Positions 28,127 through 37,657 of a DNA stretch of 64,000 nucleotides are shown here, piece by piece. The position numbers and the translations under genes are program-made. The DNA is from Armatimonadota bacterium. GTDB lineage: Bacteria > Armatimonadota > UBA5829 > DTJY01. Location: assembly GCA_963663705.1 (NCBI GenBank), contig OY760504.1, positions 1,224,063 through 1,288,062 of the forward strand, written 5' to 3'. Each line of letters starts with the position of its first letter. Within the stretch, counting starts at the first letter, position 1. Under the pieces are notes generated by a model, which saw nothing but the letters and a program-made list of their open reading frames with translations, did no database searches and was not told the origin of the DNA.

Positions 28127-28152
28127 TCCGCTAATGAAGAAGGAGTAACTAC

Positions 28153-29643
28153 TTGAATAACTCAACCGAACAAATGAATCTCGTCGAATCCGAGAACTCT
28201 GCCGACGGCATGGTGCTCACCCCGCTTGCTGCCGCAGCGGCGCTCGCCACTTCTGCGTTCGCAAGCGTCAATGCTTCCGATGCTATCCCTGCAGCATGGG
28301 AAGACCGGGCGCACAAGGCTTGGGAGTATTACACCGAGGAGCCGCTCGTGAAGAATGCCGTCAACTCGTGGCGCACATTTGCAGTGGGCGATGAGATCAA
28401 GATCAAGAGCGATGATGACACGGTAAAGGAGGAAGCGAACTTGCTTGCTGACAGGCTTGGACTGTCCGACTTCGTGAAGGATATGGTCCTCCAGCTTCTG
28501 GTGAAGGGCGATGCAGTCGGGTTCAAGCGGTATACGAAGGACCTCAAAGATATCGAGGAGGTTACCTGCGTCAACCCGGTATCGGTCAAAGTAAAGTATA
28601 CCCAGGGGCAGCTTGTTGAGGTTCGCCAATACCCGGAGGATACGCCAACGGCGGGTGAGGGATTATCACTTCCAGTAGAGCAGACCATCCACCTGAAGTG
28701 GGATGCGCCGGAGTTCTCACAGAGAGGTAACTCGCTTGTCCTGCCTGCATTCCAGTCCATCGAGCTGCTCCGGGATTACCGAAAAGCTGAACAGGCAATT
28801 GCAAAGCGCTGGGCGACACCGTTTAGGCTCATCAAAGTCGGCGGCGCGTTCGGGCAGAAGATGGTTATGCCGGATCAGAAGATGCTCGAGCAGATCAGGG
28901 ATATGGTTGACAAGATGGATATGAAGAGCGGGCTCGTCGTCCCCTTCTACGTGACAGCGGAGACCCACGGCACGGAAGGCCATGTCCTAAACGTCGAGGA
29001 GAAGGTGAAGGAGGTCAAGGAAGATATCGTCGTGGCCCTCGGGCTCTCCCGATCGCTTGTCGCAGGTGACGGCCCGAACTTTGCCACCGCATCGATCAGC
29101 ATGCAGAAGATGATCGTCATGATCCGGGAGATAAAGCATGCCGCGCGTGCGATACTCGATTGGCTCTTTAATGACTGGCTCGAACTCTCAGGACATCAGG
29201 GGAAGAGCATCCAGTATATCTTCAGCGATCTTGATCCCACCGATGCCGTCGATGTGAAGAAACTCTTGATCGAACTCTATGATCGCAAGCTGATCAGCCG
29301 ATCGAGTCTTCAGATCAAGATGGACCTCGATCCGGATATCGAGGAGGCGAACAGAGAAAGCGAAGGTAAGTCCGTTGACCTACTCGATGAGAAGCAAGTC
29401 AAGCCGATAGTCGATATGGTCGTATCCGGCATAATGGGAGTCGAAACTGCACAGGAGATGTTGGGACTCGATCCGGCAAAGAATAAGCCGATGAACGGGG
29501 CGCAGGCTTCGGTATACGCCGGTGAGATATGCGACTCGTGCGGTTACTTCGATGAGGACAGGAACAAATGCGGTGTCACGCAGGGAGATGTCACCTTCGA
29601 CTCCCACGCCTGCAGGTTTATGCAGTATAGGAGAGATAATTGA
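28153..29643 (+). CDS. portal protein (SPP1 gp6-like by position and size)
   Basis: 496 aa between terL and the MuF gene, with an acidic C-terminus. Family inferred from the conserved SPP1-like gene order. Confidence 0.55.
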   Translation: MNNSTEQMNLVESENSADGMVLTPLAAAAALATSAFASVNASDAIPAAWEDRAHKAWEYYTEEPLVKNAVNSWRTFAVGDEIKIKSDDDTVKEEANLLADRLGLSDFVKDMVLQLLVKGDAVGFKRYTKDLKDIEEVTCVNPVSVKVKYTQGQLVEVRQYPEDTPTAGEGLSLPVEQTIHLKWDAPEFSQRGNSLVLPAFQSIELLRDYRKAEQAIAKRWATPFRLIKVGGAFGQKMVMPDQKMLEQIRDMVDKMDMKSGLVVPFYVTAETHGTEGHVLNVEEKVKEVKEDIVVALGLSRSLVAGDGPNFATASISMQKMIVMIREIKHAARAILDWLFNDWLELSGHQGKSIQYIFSDLDPTDAVDVKKLLIELYDRKLISRSSLQIKMDLDPDIEEANRESEGKSVDLLDEKQVKPIVDMVVSGIMGVETAQEMLGLDPAKNKPMNGAQASVYAGEICDSCGYFDEDRNKCGVTQGDVTFDSHACRFMQYRRDN

Positions 29644-32600
29644 AAGCAGGCTCCACGAGTGTGATGTGTGCCATCGCTGATGTCTCGCAGCAGGCGCAGG
29701 CGATCCGCGAGGCAACGGACAAGTCAATCATGGCTCGTGATATGTATACCGAGCAGGTAGTCTCAGAGCTTACCCAGTCGCTCAAGGCGGCACAGGATCA
29801 GGTTCATAAGTCACTGCTCGGATACAAGGACATCGGCTCGCTACCGGACAGCAAGCTCGCGGCAGTAAGCGGCCTTGAGAAGCTAAATGCCAGGATTGCA
29901 GATACCATGAAGGCACTCAGGCGTGACCAGAGTCTGATGTTCCGTCAGGCATCAACTGCATCATTTCGATCTGGTATATACCGAGGGATCGAGGAGTTCG
30001 CCGCAGCCCAGATGCCGTTTTACAAAGATCTGACTCCTGACGGCATAGACAAACTGACGACCTCTGTGTTCACGCTGATAGATACGGATGCGCTCGAATT
30101 CATGGCGAACTACAACCTGGTTCTCGCAGGCGACGTCCATCGTGAGCTTGCCGATGGCATTAAGAAGAGCATACTCTCCGGCATAGCGACCGGCAAGGGC
30201 GTGGAAGGCATCGTCTCCGATATGGGCAAGGTCATCGAGGATAAAGAATCTTTCCGACATGCCGGAAGCAAGGTATTCACAAAAGCACAGTACCGCATGG
30301 AGACGATCGCCCGGACGGAGATCCTGCGTGCGCATAATCAGGGACGGCTCAAGTTCCACGCGCAGGTCGGCGTACAAAGGCTCGAGTGGATGACGATGGC
30401 CGATGAGCGCACCTGTCCGGTCTGCGGAGCACTCGATGGCAAGCAGTTCGATACGGACAAGTTCCCGAACCAGCCGGCACATCCACTATGCAGATGTTCT
30501 TCGCTGGTAGCCTGGCCACTCGTCATCTGCGGTGGTGAACTCGGATCCGTGGCAGCAGACAGCTCACCGTCGTGTATCCTGCCTCTACAGGCGATAGAGC
30601 AGCAGGCCAAACAGAAATCTGACGAAGAGAAGAAACTGAAATACGCATTCGACTCCGGCGAGATAGGCGATCTATCTGCTCTGACGGTGAAACAGCTTCA
30701 GACCATTGCAAAGCAGAACGGCATATCGATAGCACGCACCAAGGCCGACTTCATTAAGCTGCTCGATGCGGCAGAGCCGGGTATTCACCACGGCGATATG
30801 TCGGGGGCCATCCTTATGGCAAAAGTCAAACAGTACAATATAGCGGCACTCCGGAGTAAAGACGATCTAGTGAAGCTTCTTGCAGATAAGCAGGCCGTTA
30901 TCAAACAGGCGAAGGCATTCGAGGAAGCGGCAAAGAAGGCTGCACCCCAGGGTGGACTATCGAACCTTACGATGGTTCAGCTAAAGGAAATGGCGAAGGA
31001 TCAGGGTATATCGCTGAACCTCACGAAAAGCGAAGTCATCGATATGCTTGATTCTCTTGAACCGGGCGTAGATCATTCCGACATTGCCGGTAAAGCACTC
31101 CTTGCCGCTAAGCAGAAGCACGGCATCCCACCGCTCAAGAACAAAGAACAACTCGTAAAAGTCCTGGAAAAGTCCGCTGGCAATCAGATGGCAGAGCAGG
31201 CAAAGCAGCAGGCGCTCGAAGCCGCAAAGCAGGCGGCTATGAATAAGGCAGCGCAGGCGCTCTCGGATGCCACGGCAAAGGTAGTCGTTCCATCGTCCCC
31301 TACCCAATATTTACAGTTTCTGGAGTCGGTGAAGGGAGCGGAAGCAGAACTCGCAAAAGGCACTGGACTACCGCAATCGGTCCTCTGCGAACAGGCGAAG
31401 GATATTGCTCTGAAGAAGAAGCTCTTTGCAGACCAGATATCTGCTCTGAAGGTCGGCGAACTGAAGGAACTGGCGAAGCAGACAAAGGTCACGCATTGGC
31501 AGTGGTCGAACAAGGATGAACTCGTTACAATATTCACCGAAACTGACGCCAATAAGATCGCCGCTGCAAAGGCAGGAATAGAGGCGAAACATGCCAAGTG
31601 GGCGGAGAAGCACCTGAGTGGCAAATCGGGAAAAGCCAAACCAAATGAACAGAAACCTGTCTCCACTCCATCAGCGCCGGAATCGAAGATCACCGGATCC
31701 CCGACCTTTACAAAGAAAGGTTCTGAGTTCGATGCGGCAGATGCGGTATGGGCTGAATCCGGGAAGCCATCCAAATTCAAATATGATGGCAAGGCCAACG
31801 TAGGCGGCGCACACGAGAAGGAGTTCTGGCTCGATGAAAACGGCGAAAAATGGCTTTTCAAACCGGTCGGCAAGTCGGATGATGACTTCATCGCCTATGG
31901 CGAAGAGGCTGCATACAAGATCGGCAGACTGATCGATCCAGACGCGGTCGAGGTGCGAACGGTGATACTTAAGGGCCGGGTCGGTTCCATGCAAAAATGG
32001 AGAACCGGCCTTGCTGAGAAGTACGATTTCTCAAACATGGATGTTACCGATCTCAGTCCTGATGAGGTAGCGCAGGTTCAACGTGAACACGTCCTCGACT
32101 GGTTGATTTCAAACCATGACGGCCACGCTAAACAGTTCCTGCGGGCAAAAGATGGCAAGGTCTACGGTATCGACAAGGGACAGCTGTTCAAGTTCCTGGG
32201 CTCGGACAAGCTCAATGCCGACTACCATCCTAACCAGGTATGCGGAGAACAGGAGCCGTTCTACAACACGGTCTTCCGTGCTGCAAGAGACGGCAATGTC
32301 AAGTTCGACCCATCCGTCACAATGCGCTATATCCGTGAGGTCGAGAAGATAGCGGATGATGATTATCTGGCACTCCTTCGACCATATGTCGAAGGCAGAT
32401 TCGGCGGAGATGACCTCAAGAAGAAGGCGTTTTATGATCTGGCCCTTTCACGTAAGCATAGTCTGCGGGACGACTTCGAGTCGTTCTACGTCGATGTACT
32501 ACACAAGCCCGGTTTTCGGTTTGATGACGCCATACCGGAAATATCGGTTGCTGGACGTATCGGTAAGGCAGAAGAGGAGATTATCCATGATGCCGAGCGT

Positions 32601-34235
32601 CTTGGCTGGCAGGGAAAGTGCCTTCCCATCGATGCAAACGACATTGAGGATCAGAATGCTCTCATATTCACAGAAAAGGTTGGCAAGGGAGAGCGAACCG
32701 TCGTCAAGATGAAACTCCGTCCGGAAGCAGAACCGAAGATCCTTCCATCCTTGAAGAAAGCGGAGAAACAGGCGGTAGTGAAGATTGGAGAAGCTATCCC
32801 TGAGGATGACTTTGCGAATGATATCCTCTCGGCGGTAAAAACAATCAACCACCATGCCAAGGACGGTAACTACAATCAGGGAACGCTCGATAAAGCTATA
32901 AAGCATATGAAGGCCCTTCGTGCGCTTGCCAAGTCGGACGATTCCGACGTACGCCGGATGGCGGAAACATACATCGGCTGGCTGGATAAGGTACAGCAGG
33001 CTGCATCAGGCAGACAGGGCATTGCTGAGAACTTCACACAGTACCTGAAGCAGTATAAACCTGCGGCAAAGAAAGGGTCCGAGGATCTTGGCTACACGGT
33101 CCGAAAATCGAAGGTGCTCCTTACCAAGCGCACAATAAGCAAAGGCGAACTTGCTGTCGAAAATGAAGCCGCTAACCTGACTGACATCTTCCGTGGGAAC
33201 TCAATGCCCGAAGGCGAACAGTACGAAATAGACTTTGGCGATGGTGTGAAGGCCGTCTACCGACCATGGAATGACAAGAACCTGTATGCTCATTCTGGTG
33301 AGTTTGAGATGGTAATACCGGAGAGGCCGGACCCAAAGAGCCTCAACAAGGCGATGGAACATATGGAAAAGATCGGGATTAAGGCGAACGTCGCCAGTCC
33401 AGAGGATGCCGAGATAATGTATCTTCACAAGCAGTCATATGCCACCAAGGTCGATAGTAACGTGGAGTACAAGAAGATGATGGCAGGCTTGGATCAGAGG
33501 AATGCGACGGGGACAGAGCGGGTTCAGGCCATGCGGGCGTTCTGGGAGAAACGGCTCGGTGTGACTGACATCACAAAGATGCCGGGATACGATCCGGTCG
33601 GCGAATACCAGATGGGTTTCAAAGACCGTTCGATCAAGGGCGGTTATCGGTACCAGTATCGCTTCGATCTATCGGATGCTGACATGGAAAAACAGATGGC
33701 TGGATACAGCCTGTATCATAACATCACGAACGGAAACTCGGTGAGCGGATTCCTAGATACAGCACTTGGGGACAACGGCGCGATGATCAGCACGGTTGAG
33801 AAGATACGCGCCGGTGTGCCGCCCGGAGGGATGTCCCCCGAAGCTGATATGCGAAGCGGTGGAGCGAGCTACATCTTCACACGCATCAAGAAATCGCCAG
33901 TGTCGGGAGGCGACAGGAGCACGGGTCTCTACTTCAAGAAACGGCTTCTGCGTCGAATGGATGCGATCAGCTATGACCATGATGCCTATGGCAAGGTGAT
34001 AGATAATTACGTCGTGGAACATCGTGGATTCGACCCGAAGGAGTGGAAACGGTTCTCAAAGAACGGCAGCAACGAGACGATCCTCAAATACTCGGTCACT
34101 CTGCTCGACAATTTGGAGAATATCGTCGTCGGCACGGAGAGTGAGCGTAAGACTGTGCTCGGTGTGTTCAAGAAGCATGGGGTATCCGTCCTTCCTGATG
34201 GTCGGAAGATAGAAGAAATAGTATTAAAGAGGTGA
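29640..34235 (+). CDS. MuF/SPP1-gp7 head-morphogenesis protein with long polymorphic C-terminal extension (HeH repeats, PI3/PI4-kinase-like domain, unknown region)
   Basis: N-terminal MuF domain with CPVCGALDGKQFD...PLCRC. Three tandem HeH/Rho_N-like repeats (LTVKQLQTIAKQNGISIARTKADFIKLL...). Kinase-like LFKPVGKSDDDF, ISNHDGHAKQ and GIDKGQ. About 500-aa C-terminus with no assignment. Confidence 0.7.
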   Translation: MKAGSTSVMCAIADVSQQAQAIREATDKSIMARDMYTEQVVSELTQSLKAAQDQVHKSLLGYKDIGSLPDSKLAAVSGLEKLNARIADTMKALRRDQSLMFRQASTASFRSGIYRGIEEFAAAQMPFYKDLTPDGIDKLTTSVFTLIDTDALEFMANYNLVLAGDVHRELADGIKKSILSGIATGKGVEGIVSDMGKVIEDKESFRHAGSKVFTKAQYRMETIARTEILRAHNQGRLKFHAQVGVQRLEWMTMADERTCPVCGALDGKQFDTDKFPNQPAHPLCRCSSLVAWPLVICGGELGSVAADSSPSCILPLQAIEQQAKQKSDEEKKLKYAFDSGEIGDLSALTVKQLQTIAKQNGISIARTKADFIKLLDAAEPGIHHGDMSGAILMAKVKQYNIAALRSKDDLVKLLADKQAVIKQAKAFEEAAKKAAPQGGLSNLTMVQLKEMAKDQGISLNLTKSEVIDMLDSLEPGVDHSDIAGKALLAAKQKHGIPPLKNKEQLVKVLEKSAGNQMAEQAKQQALEAAKQAAMNKAAQALSDATAKVVVPSSPTQYLQFLESVKGAEAELAKGTGLPQSVLCEQAKDIALKKKLFADQISALKVGELKELAKQTKVTHWQWSNKDELVTIFTETDANKIAAAKAGIEAKHAKWAEKHLSGKSGKAKPNEQKPVSTPSAPESKITGSPTFTKKGSEFDAADAVWAESGKPSKFKYDGKANVGGAHEKEFWLDENGEKWLFKPVGKSDDDFIAYGEEAAYKIGRLIDPDAVEVRTVILKGRVGSMQKWRTGLAEKYDFSNMDVTDLSPDEVAQVQREHVLDWLISNHDGHAKQFLRAKDGKVYGIDKGQLFKFLGSDKLNADYHPNQVCGEQEPFYNTVFRAARDGNVKFDPSVTMRYIREVEKIADDDYLALLRPYVEGRFGGDDLKKKAFYDLALSRKHSLRDDFESFYVDVLHKPGFRFDDAIPEISVAGRIGKAEEEIIHDAERLGWQGKCLPIDANDIEDQNALIFTEKVGKGERTVVKMKLRPEAEPKILPSLKKAEKQAVVKIGEAIPEDDFANDILSAVKTINHHAKDGNYNQGTLDKAIKHMKALRALAKSDDSDVRRMAETYIGWLDKVQQAASGRQGIAENFTQYLKQYKPAAKKGSEDLGYTVRKSKVLLTKRTISKGELAVENEAANLTDIFRGNSMPEGEQYEIDFGDGVKAVYRPWNDKNLYAHSGEFEMVIPERPDPKSLNKAMEHMEKIGIKANVASPEDAEIMYLHKQSYATKVDSNVEYKKMMAGLDQRNATGTERVQAMRAFWEKRLGVTDITKMPGYDPVGEYQMGFKDRSIKGGYRYQYRFDLSDADMEKQMAGYSLYHNITNGNSVSGFLDTALGDNGAMISTVEKIRAGVPPGGMSPEADMRSGGASYIFTRIKKSPVSGGDRSTGLYFKKRLLRRMDAISYDHDAYGKVIDNYVVEHRGFDPKEWKRFSKNGSNETILKYSVTLLDNLENIVVGTESERKTVLGVFKKHGVSVLPDGRKIEEIVLKR

Positions 34236-34714
34236 TAATGAAAGACTATGTAATCGGTGAAAAAGCAAGGCTTCAGACCCTGTTCGATGAGTTTAACATG
34301 GGCGGTTCATTTATGGTTATGCACGAGGGGAACTATGATCCGCTCAAATTCGGGCTGATCGACAGCTGCGTGGTAACGCGGGTGGCACCACACTTCGATG
34401 CCCAGGGCAACGTCACGAAGACCGATTTTTGGCTTCTCTGGAAATCGGTCGGCTACAATAACGGCTTCCAGCACGCGCATACCATCAAAGTGGTTGACTG
34501 GAGTCAGGACGACACATATCTCATCGATCTGATTGATGACCGGGGCCGACGGCACCATGTCGAACTGATAATGGATGTTTCTGAGCCGGATTATGTAGTC
34601 TCCTGGCGAAAATGGCAGAGGTACAAAGCCGATAACAGGGCGATGTTCGAACAGATTGACACGCAACTACTGGAGGAACATCTTTCCATTGCGGAGGGCT
34701 GGGATGCGGATTAG
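34232..34714 (+). CDS. hypothetical protein (candidate immunity/partner of the MuF toxin)
   Basis: 160 aa, translationally coupled to the MuF gene stop. Confidence 0.35.
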   Translation: MIMKDYVIGEKARLQTLFDEFNMGGSFMVMHEGNYDPLKFGLIDSCVVTRVAPHFDAQGNVTKTDFWLLWKSVGYNNGFQHAHTIKVVDWSQDDTYLIDLIDDRGRRHHVELIMDVSEPDYVVSWRKWQRYKADNRAMFEQIDTQLLEEHLSIAEGWDAD

Positions 34715-35033
34715 ATATGTGATCGAGTATGCAATAAGAGACCGGGATTCGAACCCGCGCTACGAACCGATAGGTGTGTGGGTACAGGGACCAGGCCCTG
34801 GGCTGGATATCGAGATGGCGTATTTGCCCGGCAATGATGAGTATCAGGAGGAAGCGGATTGGGTGATCAATCGGCTGGTGGAGAACGGTGTTCGGTCACT
34901 GCCGGATGATTTTCTGGAGTATCACCGGGCGACCATGTCGCCATATCGAGGGATGTTCGGGGAGAGCGTGGAGGCGGAAGCGTATTCCACAATCCAATTG
35001 TGCACGGCGACGATTCTCGCCTCATTGAAGTGA
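34704..35033 (+). CDS. hypothetical protein (second small gene after the MuF toxin)
   Basis: About 109 aa from MRIRYVIEY. The ORF track gives 34656. Confidence 0.3.
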   Translation: MRIRYVIEYAIRDRDSNPRYEPIGVWVQGPGPGLDIEMAYLPGNDEYQEEADWVINRLVENGVRSLPDDFLEYHRATMSPYRGMFGESVEAEAYSTIQLCTATILASLK

Positions 35034-35222
35034 TTTACTCGGCATCAGACCTTATCGTTAAGAATACCACCTGGCACTTAAGAGTCTCCAGCTACAAATG
35101 CCGAGGTAGGCCTCTCAGCTATTTTTTTTTGCACTTCGAAAACCAGTCAAAAAAAAAGCCGACACTTTGCAAACTTTTTCAATACATATTAAGTGGGAGG
35201 GCTTAATTATTAAGCCCACGGT
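35034..35222. promoter_or_regulatory. unusual intergenic region before the capsid operon (terminator-like T9, A9 run, repeated 15-mer, palindrome)
   Basis: GAGG-TAGG-CCTC stem plus T9 (35122-35130). A9 (35149-35157). CCGACACTTTGCAAA (35159-35173), identical to 12903-12917. Perfect palindrome GGGCTTAATTATTAAGCCC (35199-35217). Confidence 0.4.
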
Positions 35223-37643
35223 TTGCGAGGTAAATCATACGTGCAACTTTTTGCCACCGACTACGATAGACTGGCATTCCTTCTCGAGACAGACGCATCT
35301 CTTGCCCTGGGTGAACTTATCGCTCAGGGTGAGGAGCCTGACTCCGAGGAAGTGCCGGAAGATAAACGACCCAAATACATAACGAACTACATCGGCTCGA
35401 AGCAGAAGCTCGTCGACTGGATATGGAAGCATACCCCGGAAGGTGTCGCGTCCGTACTGGATGCATTCTCCGGCTCGGCGGTCGTGGCATATATGTACAA
35501 GACCAAGGGGCTCTCTGTATATGCCAACGACCGCCTCCACTACGCCTACCATGCCGCTCGCGCCATAGTCGAAAACGACAGCGTTCGGATATCGGAAGAT
35601 GAACTCGCTGCTCTCCTTGCGAAAAGCCCAAAGGCCGGGACCTTTGTCCAAGATAACTTTAAGGGGCTTTTCTTCGCAAACGGAGTGCACGGCGTCATCG
35701 ATAATATTCGGGCAAACGCAGACAGTCTTTCCGGGTTCAAGAAAGATATCGCGCTCTTTGCACTCGGAAAGACCTGCATGTCCGGCAAGGGTGGGTTCGG
35801 TCACTTCTCATCGTCCACCGATTACGGGAAGCGCCAGGACACGCCTGAGGAGTTCGAAGAGCGATTCACGGATAATGTCACCCGCATCAACGCTCTCGTC
35901 TTCGATAACGGCAAGGAATGCAAGGCATATGCCAAGGATATCAACGACATACTCCCGGGGTCTAAAGTCGACCTTGCATACTTCGATCCGCCTTATGCAA
36001 CCGAGTTCTCGACCACAAATTACGAGAAGTCCTACCACTTCATAGAAGGGCTCATGACATACTGGGACGGCCTCGAGATAAACCAGGACTCGAAGACCCA
36101 TCACTATGCGACGGACCATAAAACAGTGACCAAGGCTAACGCGAGTGAGTTCTTCGGTACTTTCCTTGCGAACGCCAATCACATACCAAATTGGCTGATC
36201 TCATACCGCGACCATGCCTACCCGAACGAGGGTGAGATGAAAGATATTATCTCGGCAAGCGGCATGCAGTCCAGAATGCAGTCCCAGCAGCATAAGTACA
36301 ACATCTCATCGAAGCATTCGGAGAACTCGACCGCAATGGAGCGGCTCTTCATCTGCTCAAAGTCATCTGCGTCTACCCAGGCGGATAGCGCGAATGAAGA
36401 GCCGCGCCCTGTTACTAAGATTCTATCGGCTGCATCACTCGCGGCAAACTGCCACACATCGATACCGGTCGAAGTAAGGCTGGGCGCAAATGATTCGATG
36501 TCTGCTCATGCCATCGATTTGAATACGAATGCCGGCGATCCACAGTTCAGCCTTATCATGTGCCGGGTCGGGACTAACAGAAACGGCGACCACTTCCTGC
36601 CGGAAGAGTTGTCTACCCGGTACACAACAGCAATCAACAAGAAGATCGACCTCAAACACTCCCAGGACCTGACTGACATAGTCGGCGGCATCGTGGGCGC
36701 TGAATACGTCGATGATGAGACAGGCGGCAGAGTCGAATGCGTGGGCGAGCTATACACAGCGGACACCCCCACCGCTGCGCTCGCCTACAAGCTCATGAAA
36801 CGCGGCATCATCTCTCAGGTCTCTATGGAGTGCGATTACGAGGCTGGTGAATGTTCGATCTGCGGGAAGACCGTAGCTAACAAGAACGACTACTGCGTTC
36901 ACCTCAGAAAGTTCAAAGGTGCAGAGTACCAGGGCAAACCGGTCTACGAGATACTGCACGGCGTAACGTTCACCGGCCTCGGCCTCCTCGATCGGAAGGG
37001 GGCAGACGAGAATGCACGCATCACACAGGTAGCAAGCGAACAGATAAACACAGGAGGCAACAAGTTGGAAGACGATAAGAAAGATATAGATGACGGCGCA
37101 GATGCCGCAAAGAAGAAGGCGCCGGATGGTGGTGGCAATAGTAATCCTTCTGCGCCCCCTATCCCGCCGGCAGATGATAAGGCCCGAATCAAGGAACTCG
37201 AGTCGGAGAATAAGACACTGAAGCAGCAGGTCATCGATCTTGAAAAGCAGGTACAGGAACTCGAAGCCGCGAGCCAGGCCGCCGCTAACAAGACGCGCGC
37301 TCAGAAACTAATCCAGAAGCTCGAGAAGTCGGGGATGTCCTTCGGCTCGGATGAAGACCGGGAGAAGGAGATGAGCAGGCTATCGGAACTCTCAGACGAT
37401 GCTTTCTCTGCAACGGAAGCCGCTTACGACAGGGCGATACAGCCGAAATCGGAGTGTCCCTGTACCGATAAATCCGGCGAAAAGGAAGAGAAGAACGCTG
37501 CATCTGCTTCCATGCGATCAAACGCCAATGTTCGGCCCGTAGATGTCGACGATAAGAAGCTTTCTCTCGAAGACAAGCTCAAGCAGGGATTCATGACGGC
37601 GTACCGGGAGCGTGTCGGCGCAGTCACTGGTGAAAAGAATTAG
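35223..37643 (+). CDS. Dam-like N6-adenine DNA methyltransferase fused to prohead protease/scaffold-like C-terminal region
   Basis: N-terminal FSGSA (motif I) and DPPY (motif IV) in alpha-class spacing. The middle region resembles a prohead protease (GDHF..., SMECDYE). The C-terminus is a coiled-coil scaffold (KELESENKTLKQQVIDLEKQVQELEAA). The start is possibly a GTG at 35241 with a GAGG Shine-Dalgarno. Confidence 0.55.
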   Translation: MRGKSYVQLFATDYDRLAFLLETDASLALGELIAQGEEPDSEEVPEDKRPKYITNYIGSKQKLVDWIWKHTPEGVASVLDAFSGSAVVAYMYKTKGLSVYANDRLHYAYHAARAIVENDSVRISEDELAALLAKSPKAGTFVQDNFKGLFFANGVHGVIDNIRANADSLSGFKKDIALFALGKTCMSGKGGFGHFSSSTDYGKRQDTPEEFEERFTDNVTRINALVFDNGKECKAYAKDINDILPGSKVDLAYFDPPYATEFSTTNYEKSYHFIEGLMTYWDGLEINQDSKTHHYATDHKTVTKANASEFFGTFLANANHIPNWLISYRDHAYPNEGEMKDIISASGMQSRMQSQQHKYNISSKHSENSTAMERLFICSKSSASTQADSANEEPRPVTKILSAASLAANCHTSIPVEVRLGANDSMSAHAIDLNTNAGDPQFSLIMCRVGTNRNGDHFLPEELSTRYTTAINKKIDLKHSQDLTDIVGGIVGAEYVDDETGGRVECVGELYTADTPTAALAYKLMKRGIISQVSMECDYEAGECSICGKTVANKNDYCVHLRKFKGAEYQGKPVYEILHGVTFTGLGLLDRKGADENARITQVASEQINTGGNKLEDDKKDIDDGADAAKKKAPDGGGNSNPSAPPIPPADDKARIKELESENKTLKQQVIDLEKQVQELEAASQAAANKTRAQKLIQKLEKSGMSFGSDEDREKEMSRLSELSDDAFSATEAAYDRAIQPKSECPCTDKSGEKEEKNAASASMRSNANVRPVDVDDKKLSLEDKLKQGFMTAYRERVGAVTGEKN

Positions 37644-37657
37644 GAAGGGAGACAGTC

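Noticed and set aside
31184-31891. 235-aa antisense ORF inside the MuF gene, and similar long antisense ORFs (44483-45109 in the tape measure, 59069-60238 in the tail fibre, 18049-18669 in the helicase, 15763-16275 in the ATPase)
   Set aside because: Entirely contained in the opposite strand of well-supported genes. Ser/Ala/Cys/Arg-rich low-complexity translations typical of antisense frames. No independent signals.
33100-33900. Possible ADP-ribosyltransferase domain in the C-terminus of the MuF protein (YRP ... HSG ... EFE)
   Set aside because: The R / S-T-S / ExE elements are compressed into about 20 residues instead of the spacing seen in real ARTs. Left as an unknown C-terminal region.
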